Origin: Diplonema japonicum
Taxonomy: Eukaryota; Protista; Euglenozoa: Diplonemea
Reading direction: 5' to 3'
DNA: 64,000 nt
NCBI GenBank assembly: GCA_964019335.1
Contig: OZ025656.1
Span: 620,001 to 684,000, forward strand
Shown here: positions 33,756 to 45,000 of the stretch, piece by piece
Position numbering within the stretch: position 1 is the first letter of the stretch
Layout: each line of letters starts with the position of its first letter
Program-made: the position numbers and the translations under genes
Notes under the pieces: generated by a model
What the model saw: the letters and a program-made list of their open reading frames with translations, nothing else
What the model was told of the DNA's origin: nothing
Database searches by the model: none

Positions 33756-36700
33756 ATGGGACCGTTAGGAAACAAAACAGCACTCACTTTCGGCAAACAG
33801 TTCAGAAGCAACGCAATATACAGATGGGTGGCATTGCATTCGGGGACGGCATTGTTGGCAGCGGTGATGGTGTCGTTGTTCTTCTCATTAATGCTGCTGA
33901 CCACAATGCACAAGGCAGATATCGATGTAATGCTCACTGGGTTTGAGGAAACAGATCATTTTTCACGCATTCGTGAAATAGGGCGAAAAGGTGCCTCAAG
34001 AGGGCTTCTCAGATCCACAACGCAATCGCGCAAAGCTTCTGCACTCCAGACAGCACAGGCCATCAACCCCCGGACGTACCCTAACTGGCATGTTACCGTT
34101 ATGTACGGGACACACGGGAATGTATTAACTACTGAAAACCTCCGAACCATCGCTACCTTTGAACAGGCAGTGCACCGAACAATGGAATACAATGAATCTG
34201 CCATGCTTGACTCGCTAGGCATCACCCCCATCTCTTCCTTCATACAGTACCTCGCCCCAACCATAGAGCAACGCACCATTTACTTCAATGGGCTGAACAC
34301 CTCAAGTGTCATAACTGATGGGCGGATACAGTTAGGGGTCCGCTATGCTTTGAAAAACACCAAGTCTCGATGGTTTTTCAGCGATAATTTCAATCTCACA
34401 AACTTGTCTTGCACACATATGCGGTCTGAAATGGCGTTAGGCGCTCCCGTGCTTGGCTACCCCAACCCCATCGCGTCTTCTGCAGAACAAAAGGCGTATA
34501 TGAAGCCCCGTGCCCTTGCGCTCCGAAACCGGTTTCTCGCGATATGGGGTGATATTAAGGCTAAGCACCCCAACGACCTTGAGCTTGCGTGGGGCGGGGA
34601 TTTTATTACCGAGGACGAGATTATAGACATCCTTGTGAGCGATGCCTTGTGGTCCATACCCTCCTTCATCGTCGTTCTGCTGTATTGTCTTTACCATCTC
34701 CGATCTGGCTTTCTTGCGTTCTTCTCTGTGTTTCTCCTCCTCATCTCCTTCCCAGCCAGCCTCACCATATATTTTTGGCTGGGTGCCACCTACCTCGGTG
34801 CGCTGAACGTGCTCTCCTTCTACATCATGCTTGGGATAGGTGTCGACGACATCTTCGTCTTCTCCAGTACGTTCTTTTTCGCAAGACGTCCCCCTGCGCC
34901 GCCCAGGATAGGTATTGCTGCAGACGAGTTCCTTGCCGACAACACCTTCCGGCTCACACGCTTCATTGACGACACCGACGACGAGCACAGCCTCGTGCTG
35001 CAGTTCGGTGAAGATGTCCCCTATTTGCTGTCCTGGTACCACGGCGACATGTGCCAGCTGGAGCGTCTCCCTCTTGTTAAGGTGGTAGACGACACAATAC
35101 TACTAGGGACGTGGAATATCAAGATTAAAGAGCCTGAAGGTGCTCAGCTCCGAGAAATGCTCCAGAGGGTGGCTGTGTTCTGCAGTTTTGCGGAGATACC
35201 AACGGTAGGTGACGGCCTGCGGCAAGGGGGGTGGAACGAGTCGCAGAAGCGGCTTAAAAAAGAAATCTTGGAGAAATTCGTAGCGCCCACCGCCACCATC
35301 GACAGAATTGAGGCAGGTGTCTTGCATGCCGACTACAACGCCACAGGCACTCTAGACGCACGTGAACACGTCAACGACGGCATCGCCCTGGACCAGCGTC
35401 TGGCCTACACCATGCGCACTGCAGGGAGCGCACTTTTCGTAACCAGCGCCACCACAGCGATGGCCTTTCTGTCAAACTTCGTGTCGTCCATCCCGGCAGT
35501 TCGTGCCTTTGGTGAGTTAATGTGCATCTTAGTCATCATGAACTACCTACTTACTGTGCTCGTGTTCCCCACAGGTTTGGCCTTTTGGATGGTCTACATG
35601 AGGGGTAGGACCGTGAAGCAAATACTGCGGAACATGTGGTTTTTGATCACTTGCAACGGCGACAAAATAGAATACAATCTCATCCGCGTTGCGATGAGGG
35701 GCGGAGAGGGCATCGAGTCCAACCCCCCGTCGACACCCACACTGGTGACCGGTGAGGTGGCCGACGGCATTGAGATGCAGTCCATGGCGCCGCTGTCGCC
35801 AGCTGACGTGGAGTTGGTGTCGCCACATGACTTCGGGATCCTTGCATCGCCTTTTGACGGGTCTCCAGCAGGGCATAGTGACTTCGACCATCATGAGTAT
35901 TCCTCCCCCGGTTCGGAGACAAACCTCGCGTCGTCACCCCCACCGTCATCTCATATGCGCCAAGCCCAGTCAACCGACCTCATCAGCCACCGCCCTTCTT
36001 CACCCGACCACAGCTACGACTCTGAATCGTCATATGAAACAGAGATCATCCCCGGTGAAGGCCTTGCCTTCAAGGTGATCGGTCTATCAGGTGCACTGGT
36101 CCGAAAAGAACGAGAGCTCAGCAGCGAGCCAGTAGGCGACCTTGAGACTGGGGATACAGTCATCGTGCGGGAGATATGGAAGAACAGGGCAAGGCTCATC
36201 AGTCCTTTGATGGGATGGGTGTCGCTGTCATCAGGTCTCGGTGGCAGCATCCTTGCTCGCCGCGAATCTTCTGATGTGCTAAGCAGCTACGACGAGCACG
36301 ATGCGGAGGAGAGCAGCGATGCAGACGACGAGGACACAATGGAGGACGCGCCACTCATCAGGCAGATGTTCGACAAGGTGCTGTGGCAGTGCCTCAAGCG
36401 CTTCCGTCACTTTTTAATGATAGCAATGATGGTCACGATACTTATAGCGGCTTCGGTAGCTAGCACCTTGCAGCTACAGGACAAAGCACCACAAGTGTTC
36501 CCCAGCTGGCATCATATACGCAAGTACCGCATCCAAGACGAGACGTACGGCTCCTCCGGCTTGTGTATGGCATCTGTTGCTGTGGAGCGGTGCTCGCCAT
36601 GGTACACCGAACCTAGAGAGCTAGCATGGCACGTCGACTGTGCAGGAGTGCTGTACGGGAACAGCATAGTTGACGAGTGCAATGTGTGTGGTGGTTCTGG

Positions 36701-39221
36701 GAAGTCGTGTCTCGGCTGCGACGGGAGGCTACACAGCAACATGGTGTGGGCGTGTGGACTGTGCCAGAACACGTCCGTGATTTGCATTCCGTCACAGTGG
36801 ATGTCTGTGACTTTAAAGCTCTCGGACTGCAGTATGGCCATTGACCCCTCGAATACCACCTACCCCGACTACAAAATTGAATTCCTCAACGCCTTCATAG
36901 CCGATGTAACAATGGCGTACCGCACCGTGACGTCCACATCACATGTCAGCGATGAGTTTGCAATCAAAGACATCAACACCTGCTCCGACGCAGGGTTTAG
37001 ATTTGTGTTTCAAGTGGAAGGGTCTGTAGATCTGGGCAACATGACTGCTGCTTCTCTATCGGGGAAATTAAAGGCCACTGAGAGCAAGGTCGCAGAACGA
37101 AACATAACTGTAGAAGTGCTGCATGTTGACAAAGGGTTGTCCGACACAACTGGGCCTGTGTACCTCATCCCAGAGCACTCAAAGTCCAGCTCTTCAGGTG
37201 AGGCACAAACTCCACCTGGCAAACGTCCCTTGGAAACCTTTTCGCCTCTGCAAGCGCAAGCATCAATGCGCTACGCAGTTGCCCTCGACAACGAGGGCAC
37301 CACCATCCTTATTGAGGTTAAAGGCGTCGACTGCGCAATTGTCGCAGAGTCTCTCAAGGGCCCCATCGAGGCGGACATGCGGCTGTACGCGCCCAACCAG
37401 GACATCAATGAGTACAACTTCAACTGTACCAACGGCGTGTACACCATCTATCTGTGGTACGAAGAAAGCAACCTCCCAAACCTGAGGGATCTGCATCTCA
37501 CGAACCTCCTGACGACGTTAAACGTGGAAGCACCCTCACTCGTAGAGATGAAGCCCGGCCACGTCTTCAACAACAGCAATGTACCTGACAGTTGGCCTAT
37601 CTCCGACACCAGCTGCGTGAATCATGGGGAGCCAGTTGTTATCGTTGATGGAAAAAAATCAAAGACCTGTACCGTGCTGCAGCTATGTAAAAATGGAAGC
37701 TGTTCGTGCAAAGGGCTGCTCACTGGGCCGAGTTGCACAGAGTGTGATTCTTCCTGCACTGCAAAGGGTGGTGAATGCACCTCGACGGGTTGGTGCAGGT
37801 GGTGTGATGGGAGAGTAAGCCAGACTATTGATCAGTTTAACACACTCAACGTTCCAAAGATAAGGGATGCCTGCAATGTGTGTGGCAGCGCTATTGAGCT
37901 CCACGACCCCAAAGGCACAAGTTTTGTAGGTGGTGCTGCCAACGGCACGTGCCGTGGCTGCGACGGGGTTATCAACAGCAACCTGCGGTACGATTTGTGC
38001 CAAGTGTGCGGTGGGAATAGCGACTGTTTGGTGTCCAGCTTGAACTTAGAGAGGGCCATCAACGTTTACTATCTATGGGGCATCGATCTAGAGAACAGTG
38101 AAGGTGACTACACGGGAACCAACCAGTTCGCTGCGTACGACCCTCGCTTCAGACCAGAGAGCCAAGAGTGTCAAGTGCAGATGCTGGACATCTGCCAGAG
38201 TTTTGAGAAGCGTGGGACAGTGCTCGATCAACATGTGTTGCAGGCAGGGACTGAGTGCTTTATGACGAGTTTCAAAGAGTGGATCTTGCAGCAGAAAAGA
38301 AGCTTTCCAGTTGTCCCGAAAGACTACACGGAGCTGCTGTACATGTTCATGACGTCGAGCCAGGACAACGTCGACAAGTACTCGTCGATGATAGGCTTCG
38401 ATCTCAGCACAAACACGAAGGAGGTGAAATACGTGATGTTCAAGTTCAAGAGCAGTGAAAAGGTGTCAATAGGACCCTCGACCGCGAAGACGCAGTACAA
38501 CTGGTGGGAAGGAACTGTCACGGACCACAACCGCGTCTCAGGGTGCGGAAGTGGGGTCTACCAGACGTCGCCCACGTGGCCGGTAATGTTCTTGGAGCTG
38601 TCAGCGTTGAGGACACTTGTTACGAGCTTGGTGATATCAGGGCTGTCGGCTGTTGTGGTGGTAGTTGGCTTCACACGCGACATATGGATTACAACACAGG
38701 TGATGATTACCATTGTAGGTATTGTGCTGGGAACGTTGATGTCAATGCGGCTTGCCAACTACGAGGTGGGGCCTGTGGAGGCTGTTGCGTTCTCGGCAGT
38801 GATCGGGTTGGCCGTGGATTACACAGTGCACTTTGCGCATTGCTGGGGGCAGTATTGGAAATACCTTATTAGAAACGGTCACGCGGACACCACCGCCAGT
38901 AGTGTCATCTACCGCATGGTGCTCGACCTTGGCACCCCACTTCTCAACGCGGCCCTGACTACTATCCTCAGTACGAGTTTCCTATTCGCCACTACAATAG
39001 TCCCTCTGTCCGAATTCGCCACTGTGCTCGTTGTCAGCACTACGTGGTCCATATTCTTCTCTGTCTTCCTCTTTCTACCCTTTCTCCTGTCCTTCCCTCC
39101 GTCTCCATGGTGGCGCGAGCTTCAATCCTCCATGCGCATTATCACCTCTTACTCCCTTGGTGGCATTGCCTGCGCTACACTTGCAGTCATTGCTTATTAC
39201 TACATACAAACCATGCCGTAA
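33756..39221 (+). CDS. Dispatched-like sterol-sensing-domain (RND family) membrane protein with inserted domains
   Basis: 1821-aa intronless ORF. SSD motif LGIGVDDIFVF; AGSALFVTSATTAMAF.SN..S.IPAVRAFG; second-half motif IGLAVDYTVHFAH; two TM bundles. Inserted SH3b-like segment (GALVRKERELSS..VG.L..G..V.V.E...NRARL..P..GWVS), DECNVCGG/GCDG Cys repeats and an EGF-like segment. Confidence 0.92.
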   Translation: MGPLGNKTALTFGKQFRSNAIYRWVALHSGTALLAAVMVSLFFSLMLLTTMHKADIDVMLTGFEETDHFSRIREIGRKGASRGLLRSTTQSRKASALQTAQAINPRTYPNWHVTVMYGTHGNVLTTENLRTIATFEQAVHRTMEYNESAMLDSLGITPISSFIQYLAPTIEQRTIYFNGLNTSSVITDGRIQLGVRYALKNTKSRWFFSDNFNLTNLSCTHMRSEMALGAPVLGYPNPIASSAEQKAYMKPRALALRNRFLAIWGDIKAKHPNDLELAWGGDFITEDEIIDILVSDALWSIPSFIVVLLYCLYHLRSGFLAFFSVFLLLISFPASLTIYFWLGATYLGALNVLSFYIMLGIGVDDIFVFSSTFFFARRPPAPPRIGIAADEFLADNTFRLTRFIDDTDDEHSLVLQFGEDVPYLLSWYHGDMCQLERLPLVKVVDDTILLGTWNIKIKEPEGAQLREMLQRVAVFCSFAEIPTVGDGLRQGGWNESQKRLKKEILEKFVAPTATIDRIEAGVLHADYNATGTLDAREHVNDGIALDQRLAYTMRTAGSALFVTSATTAMAFLSNFVSSIPAVRAFGELMCILVIMNYLLTVLVFPTGLAFWMVYMRGRTVKQILRNMWFLITCNGDKIEYNLIRVAMRGGEGIESNPPSTPTLVTGEVADGIEMQSMAPLSPADVELVSPHDFGILASPFDGSPAGHSDFDHHEYSSPGSETNLASSPPPSSHMRQAQSTDLISHRPSSPDHSYDSESSYETEIIPGEGLAFKVIGLSGALVRKERELSSEPVGDLETGDTVIVREIWKNRARLISPLMGWVSLSSGLGGSILARRESSDVLSSYDEHDAEESSDADDEDTMEDAPLIRQMFDKVLWQCLKRFRHFLMIAMMVTILIAASVASTLQLQDKAPQVFPSWHHIRKYRIQDETYGSSGLCMASVAVERCSPWYTEPRELAWHVDCAGVLYGNSIVDECNVCGGSGKSCLGCDGRLHSNMVWACGLCQNTSVICIPSQWMSVTLKLSDCSMAIDPSNTTYPDYKIEFLNAFIADVTMAYRTVTSTSHVSDEFAIKDINTCSDAGFRFVFQVEGSVDLGNMTAASLSGKLKATESKVAERNITVEVLHVDKGLSDTTGPVYLIPEHSKSSSSGEAQTPPGKRPLETFSPLQAQASMRYAVALDNEGTTILIEVKGVDCAIVAESLKGPIEADMRLYAPNQDINEYNFNCTNGVYTIYLWYEESNLPNLRDLHLTNLLTTLNVEAPSLVEMKPGHVFNNSNVPDSWPISDTSCVNHGEPVVIVDGKKSKTCTVLQLCKNGSCSCKGLLTGPSCTECDSSCTAKGGECTSTGWCRWCDGRVSQTIDQFNTLNVPKIRDACNVCGSAIELHDPKGTSFVGGAANGTCRGCDGVINSNLRYDLCQVCGGNSDCLVSSLNLERAINVYYLWGIDLENSEGDYTGTNQFAAYDPRFRPESQECQVQMLDICQSFEKRGTVLDQHVLQAGTECFMTSFKEWILQQKRSFPVVPKDYTELLYMFMTSSQDNVDKYSSMIGFDLSTNTKEVKYVMFKFKSSEKVSIGPSTAKTQYNWWEGTVTDHNRVSGCGSGVYQTSPTWPVMFLELSALRTLVTSLVISGLSAVVVVVGFTRDIWITTQVMITIVGIVLGTLMSMRLANYEVGPVEAVAFSAVIGLAVDYTVHFAHCWGQYWKYLIRNGHADTTASSVIYRMVLDLGTPLLNAALTTILSTSFLFATTIVPLSEFATVLVVSTTWSIFFSVFLFLPFLLSFPPSPWWRELQSSMRIITSYSLGGIACATLAVIAYYYIQTMP

Positions 39222-39575
39222 GCACAGGTGCAGGTTGGACAGCGGCAAATTTGAAATAGAAAAAAAGAAATGGAGGGTACATTAATAATAGATGCAATTT
39301 AGGCTCGAGAACCTTGAGCTATGGAAAAAAAAAGAAAAGGGGACGAAACGACACCCTCTGCGTATACAAACTAGCAACGCCCCTTTGAAACCCTTCCCGT
39401 CCCTTTTCCCCTTCTACATTGTTTGGTTTGGTAAGTTTTTGATTTTGTTCCGTTTTTCTCTTTTTGGTTTTTGTCTTGAAAGTAGGATTCCACCCAGCCT
39501 CCCGTTGTTTCCCTCGCCCTCGTCTTCCCTGTTTAATACAAAATAAGTGCTATCACAGTGAAATTAGAAACTTGT

Positions 39576-42017
39576 ATGCCACTGCCCGAAGGTGGCAACA
39601 ACCGTTGGTCACCGCCTGCACAGCCGCCTCGGTACGAGAGTGACAGTGAGGTAGACGAGGCTGCTATACGTGAGGAGGCTGTGAGGATGATACAGTCAAG
39701 AAGTGTTGGGAAAGTGCAGGATGAGGACAGTGATGACGATTTCATGTCTATCCAGTCCTCGCCGAAGAGGCCATCTCCTAGGGTCACCCCGCCACCTAGT
39801 GCGGGCAGAATAGTCACAGATGGGTACGTAGTGACGAAAGAGAAGCCGCAGCAACCCCCTCCGCAGAAGAAGACGAAGCGACCAGTCCCCCCATCTTCCT
39901 CCCCTGTAAATCCCCTCCGCATGCAAGACGAGCTTCGGGCTCTGGAGGACGGCTGGCAAGTCAAAACCGTTGAGAAGCCCAAGCCACGTGTCCCATCCCG
40001 ACCGCAAGCAAAGCCAACCCCTACCCGCAAGCCCGTCACCTTCAATACCCTTCAACGACGTTCGCCCCAGAAGCGATCCAAATCCTCCCCTGCAGCTGGC
40101 AAGCCAGCACCCCAGAGCCAGTCTGACCCCGCTCCTGCCCCTGCAGTTTCTGTGCGTTCCAACAGCAAAAATAAAACCCTTCAAAAGCAACTGATCCAGG
40201 AGCTCAAGAGCCCCGGGAGAATGCTGTATGAGAAAGATATGCGAGAAAAGAAGAAAGCCGAAAAGAGGATTGCCAAAACCATCGAATTCAAGAAGAAGTT
40301 GCAGCAGTCTGAGCGCGTCAACGCGCAGCAGTGGTCCAAGACGATTGCGATGAAAGAGCTGTCCAGCTTGGAGGACGAGCATCCATGGAAGCCCCCATAC
40401 GGTGGGACTTCCCCCGCACCACCGCCTGTGTCGCCTAATGGCCCACGAAGATCTGCAAGTCCTCAACGTGAGATAGATCCAGCCTTACTAGCGGTCACGA
40501 CACCTGGCGTGGCGAAGAAGAAGCGATCGCTAAGTACACCAGTCCCTGCAGTGCCGAGTGACCCTAGACAGCACAACACCGAGGCGTACAAGCTGTGGCT
40601 TGCAAAAAAGGAAGAGCAGGCAAGAATGGCGTCCCACAAACGCGCACTCATAAGCAGACAGCAACGGCAGCAGCAGGAGGAATTCCAGGCCAAGCGGGAC
40701 CGCCAGATAAACGAAGCACTTGAACGACAGCGTGAGCAAATAGAACGCATTAAGAAAACAAAGCCTAAGACGCCTAAAACAAAGGTAAGCACACCTGTAG
40801 AGAGGCATGCGAGGTTCAAAGCAGAACCTCTTGTAGCATCCCCTCAAGAACGTCAGAACAAGTGGATGCAACCACCCCCACCACGACCTGTGGAGTCGTT
40901 TTCTCCTCAGCAAGAGTTGCCCTCGATCACGGAGATCTTGAACAGCCCCTACAGAGAGGAGTCCATCAATCCGCAACAGATGTCCATTTTCAGAGAGGTG
41001 CCTCTTCTGAACGCTGACTATAGTGACGACTTCCTCCAAGCCTCCCCGCAACAACAACAACAACAGCAGCAGCAGCAGCAGTCTGATGGTGATGCCTTAT
41101 TCGAGCAGAATGACAGAACGCAATCATCACTTGATATTCTTCAAGAGCAGCAGGTAGCACACGAGCTGCAGATGCAAAAGGAAGCTTTAGAAAAGGAACT
41201 GTCCATGCAGCGCAATGAGATGCAGCAGCAATTACGGAATCAGCAGCAGCAGTACGAAGAACAAGTGCGTCAGCAGAAGCAACAGCAGCAGCTGATCGAA
41301 GAGCGAATGGCACAGCAACGACAAGAACATGACGAGCAGCTTAGACAGGTCAAACAGCAGCAAGCTAAATTCCAACAGAAATTAGCCGAAGAACAGCAGC
41401 AGACATTAGAATTGCAGCAATTGCAACTCCAAACAAAGGAGCAGCAGCAACAACAATTAAAGGAACTGGAACAACAGCAGCATTTAGAGCAACAACAGCG
41501 AGAGCAGGAGCAGTCTAGTGTGCAGTTCTCTGAACGGCAACAACCTGCTGAAGAGCAGTCAACCTGTCAGGATGGGAGCTACAGTGCCGCTCCGATGGAG
41601 TATCGCTCATACCAGTCCCACCAGTCTTTGCAGCCCCTGCCGGCAGAGCGGTACCAGCCGATAAGGAACTCACTGATTGGCACTGACTTGCTTGCTGCGT
41701 TAAAGGGCAAGAAAAGACAGAAGAAAACAAGCCCTGAGTTCAAACTCCGTCTACTCTTCATGAATGCTGACCACAATGGCGACGGCTACGTGTCTGCAGA
41801 GGAAGCCTTCATATCTCTCGCCGAGGCGGGGTATCCTGAGCCGGGCGATGACGTTGCCAATGACGCACTCAGTACAGTGGATCCTCATAGCAGGGGGGTG
41901 CTAGCCTTCTATCAGTTCCAGAAGCTCGTGGAGCTTATGTACGGTGAAGGGCAAGGGGGAACAGGCATCAGGAACGTATCGCCGCGGAGGACTTTCACAG
42001 ACATTGACGTATACTAG
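39576..42017 (+). CDS. Pro/Gln-rich coiled-coil protein with a C-terminal EF-hand pair
   Basis: Long ORF, first ATG at 39576. Poly-Q coiled coil. EF-hand loops F..ADHNGDGYVSAEE and VDPHSRGVLAFYQF. Confidence 0.88.
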   Translation: MPLPEGGNNRWSPPAQPPRYESDSEVDEAAIREEAVRMIQSRSVGKVQDEDSDDDFMSIQSSPKRPSPRVTPPPSAGRIVTDGYVVTKEKPQQPPPQKKTKRPVPPSSSPVNPLRMQDELRALEDGWQVKTVEKPKPRVPSRPQAKPTPTRKPVTFNTLQRRSPQKRSKSSPAAGKPAPQSQSDPAPAPAVSVRSNSKNKTLQKQLIQELKSPGRMLYEKDMREKKKAEKRIAKTIEFKKKLQQSERVNAQQWSKTIAMKELSSLEDEHPWKPPYGGTSPAPPPVSPNGPRRSASPQREIDPALLAVTTPGVAKKKRSLSTPVPAVPSDPRQHNTEAYKLWLAKKEEQARMASHKRALISRQQRQQQEEFQAKRDRQINEALERQREQIERIKKTKPKTPKTKVSTPVERHARFKAEPLVASPQERQNKWMQPPPPRPVESFSPQQELPSITEILNSPYREESINPQQMSIFREVPLLNADYSDDFLQASPQQQQQQQQQQQSDGDALFEQNDRTQSSLDILQEQQVAHELQMQKEALEKELSMQRNEMQQQLRNQQQQYEEQVRQQKQQQQLIEERMAQQRQEHDEQLRQVKQQQAKFQQKLAEEQQQTLELQQLQLQTKEQQQQQLKELEQQQHLEQQQREQEQSSVQFSERQQPAEEQSTCQDGSYSAAPMEYRSYQSHQSLQPLPAERYQPIRNSLIGTDLLAALKGKKRQKKTSPEFKLRLLFMNADHNGDGYVSAEEAFISLAEAGYPEPGDDVANDALSTVDPHSRGVLAFYQFQKLVELMYGEGQGGTGIRNVSPRRTFTDIDVY

Positions 42018-42091
42018 TAGATGTTAATTTAGAATGTAATTTTTATCTGAATTATATCTGTTTCTCCAAATGTTCACCACAACAGAATGGG

Positions 42092-45000
42092 ATGGACCGC
42101 AATGATGATCTGGAATGTGTGCTGGGAATGGACGAGATGAAAGCACTGCAAAGCGCATTCTCCGGGAAATCAGATGGGATGGATGTTGTGGAGTTCACAC
42201 AGGTAATGGTGTCGTTGATGAAGGACAAGATGAAAAAAGAAGATGCAAAACTTCTGTTCATGCGCACTGACGCGCGATCAGTGGGGCGGATAGAGTGGGT
42301 GGATGTCGCAACGTATCTGCTGATGAACAGGACAAGGACAGTCACAAGAGCGGAGCAGCAGCAGGAGTACACCACCGAATGCATGGAATTCAAATCTAAA
42401 GGGCAGAAATCCGACATGCATCAGCAGGCAATAAAACAGATCCTTGTACACCCTAGGCTTCCCAGGTATTTCACATGTGCTGAAGATGGCATGGTGAAGA
42501 TGTGGAACAGCACAAACTTGAGCTACGAGAACACTGTACACCACAGCAACGCATGGGTCTCGAGCATGTTGTACGTGCCCACAACACCGGAGGTGGTGGT
42601 GGTGGCGTCTGTCGACCGTGTCCTGTCCATGTACGACGCCACTACGGGGGAGACCTTACGTGTGTTCAGAGGCAAACGGACCAAAAAGATAACCCGCGAG
42701 ATCATCTACAGGAAGTATCTCAAGACCCCCGTTGCCAAGAATCCCACAGAGGACCAATACGACACATCCCTCCTGCGGCACCTCCGCAAGCCCGACACGG
42801 TCGAGGTCACCCATTTAGAGTCACTCCACCAAATACCAACATCACTAGGCCATTACGTTTGCAGTGGGAAGGAAGGGCTTCTTGTGGGCACTGACGATGG
42901 CAGTATCCTGCTCTATGACGCGTTCAAGGACATCACAAAAGATACACGAGAAGCACTGCCGTGCCTGTCGTGCACAGATGTCGATGGCGAGAAGGCACCA
43001 GGCTGGGACACCGGGCACTCAGGTGGCATCACGTCACTCAAGATAGCACCGTCTATTGAAAGTATCATCACCAGCGGAGCAGACGCAACGATTAGGTTGA
43101 TGAGCCTAGAGCGAGGGTGTTTACTTCGTGTGCTAGGGGAAAAGCAAGCAGGGTATGAAGTAGGACACAGTAAGATCATCTACAATGTGGCATGGGGTAA
43201 CGAGACTAGGCTCATAGCGTCGTGCGGTGCGGAGAGGAACATTCTGTTGTGGAACCCGTTCATCACGAAGCCCTTGACAAGGTTGACAGGATCGCGGAGT
43301 CCTTTGGTGGATGTAGCTTTCAACGAGGCTGACTCGCAGATGTTTTCATTGTCGTGCGACAACACAGTCAGGGTGTGGGACATTAGGATGTGGCAGTGCG
43401 TCCAAGTTCTAAAAAACAAAGACGAGGAGGTAGTGAGTGCATTAGCATTTGATGAGAGACGGAGCAGACTGCTGACGGGGTCCACAAGAATACGAGCACG
43501 ACCGATGGTGAAGACAAGCGAATTCGTACCCGGGTACAACGGTCACAGAAAAGCAGTTATGGCATGCATCGTGAACACACGGTCCACTCAGTTGGTCTCC
43601 GCAGATGAGAACAACATCATGGTGTGGGACATAGTATCCCGCGCACTCCTTACCACATGGGTTATCCCATCGGGGGTCACGTCTCTGGAGTTCGACTCCA
43701 GCGAAAGCCGGCTGCTGACGGGCACTTCTCATGGTGAGGTCTTGGTGTGGAACTATTCAAATGCGCAGCTGCTCAAAACATTTTCTGCAGACGCCCTTGC
43801 AGCAAGAGCACGAACGAGAACGAACGAGGTAAGCCCTCTGCTCTATGCCACGATGGAAAAGCCAGTCAGGATGCAGCTCATTGTCTCAATACAAGGAAAC
43901 AAGAGGGCACTGTTTTACGATGACGCTTCAGCTACGTCGCAATACTTTCGCGAGCTCGACATGCGCTCTCTCAACGGTGTCTATACCCTGTGTGCCATCC
44001 CTCCATCTACCCTCCTCCTCGGCACAGGGCAGGGCTTGGCCGTGCTCTTCACTGACCAGATAACCAGGCCAGTCATCCTACCCAGCCTGACTGCACCATG
44101 CATGTGGTACTCATTGATGAATGGTCCCTTGCACGATGGCATCTCGGAGATTCTGAGCAAGAACAAGAACAGCCACCCGGAAGAGTGGGTCAGCGTCGAC
44201 AGGTACATAGAAGGCATTGTACTGATGCAGCGGTTGCACAACATAGTGGTGGTGTGCAAGGGGGAAGGCACGATAGGGTTCTGGTCATGCCCTCTGGAGC
44301 AGGTAGAAGGGAGGGGGGAACTGTTTAGGTTCTACGCAACGCACAAGAAAGGGAACGCCGTGAACGTGATACGCATGGACAGCGAGCAGGCAATGCTGTA
44401 CTCTGGGGATGTGAGTGGGTATGTGTGCACATTTGATGTGACAAACATCGGTAGCCAGTGGGACGGGCATGAGCTGGTCATCAACGAAACACACATCCAC
44501 AAGGTGCATGGTTTCCGTGCCTTTGAAACTGGTATCACGTGTTTAGAGTGTTTGGAGCTCCAAGAGACGGCTCTCGTGTGCGGTTCAAATCAGTATAGCT
44601 TGGCGATTTTCACACCAACGGGGGAGATGCTCCACCAGTTTGGGCTGTCATCTTGTGTCAGTCGATCGTTGCCGGACTCCTTAACGTGTCAGAGGTTCAA
44701 CGAGCTCTACATGCAGACTGTGATATTGAACGAGTTTGACAACAACCACGAGTGCCGCATGTTCGATCTGATCGAGACCATCTCGTCACACCCCCTCTTC
44801 TGCGACAAGCATCGAGAGGAAATCGCTTCCATTCTCTTTTCCATGAGCATGAACGACCCTCCGTTGATCACTTTACAGAATTTTAAAGACGGAAGGATAG
44901 TGAAGCTGTGTTGTGTTGAAGAGACTGGTAGTCAGGTGTCCCGAGATAGTCAGGTAAGCACCCAAGTTCAATCACAAGTGCGTCGAGAGTCGACATTTAG

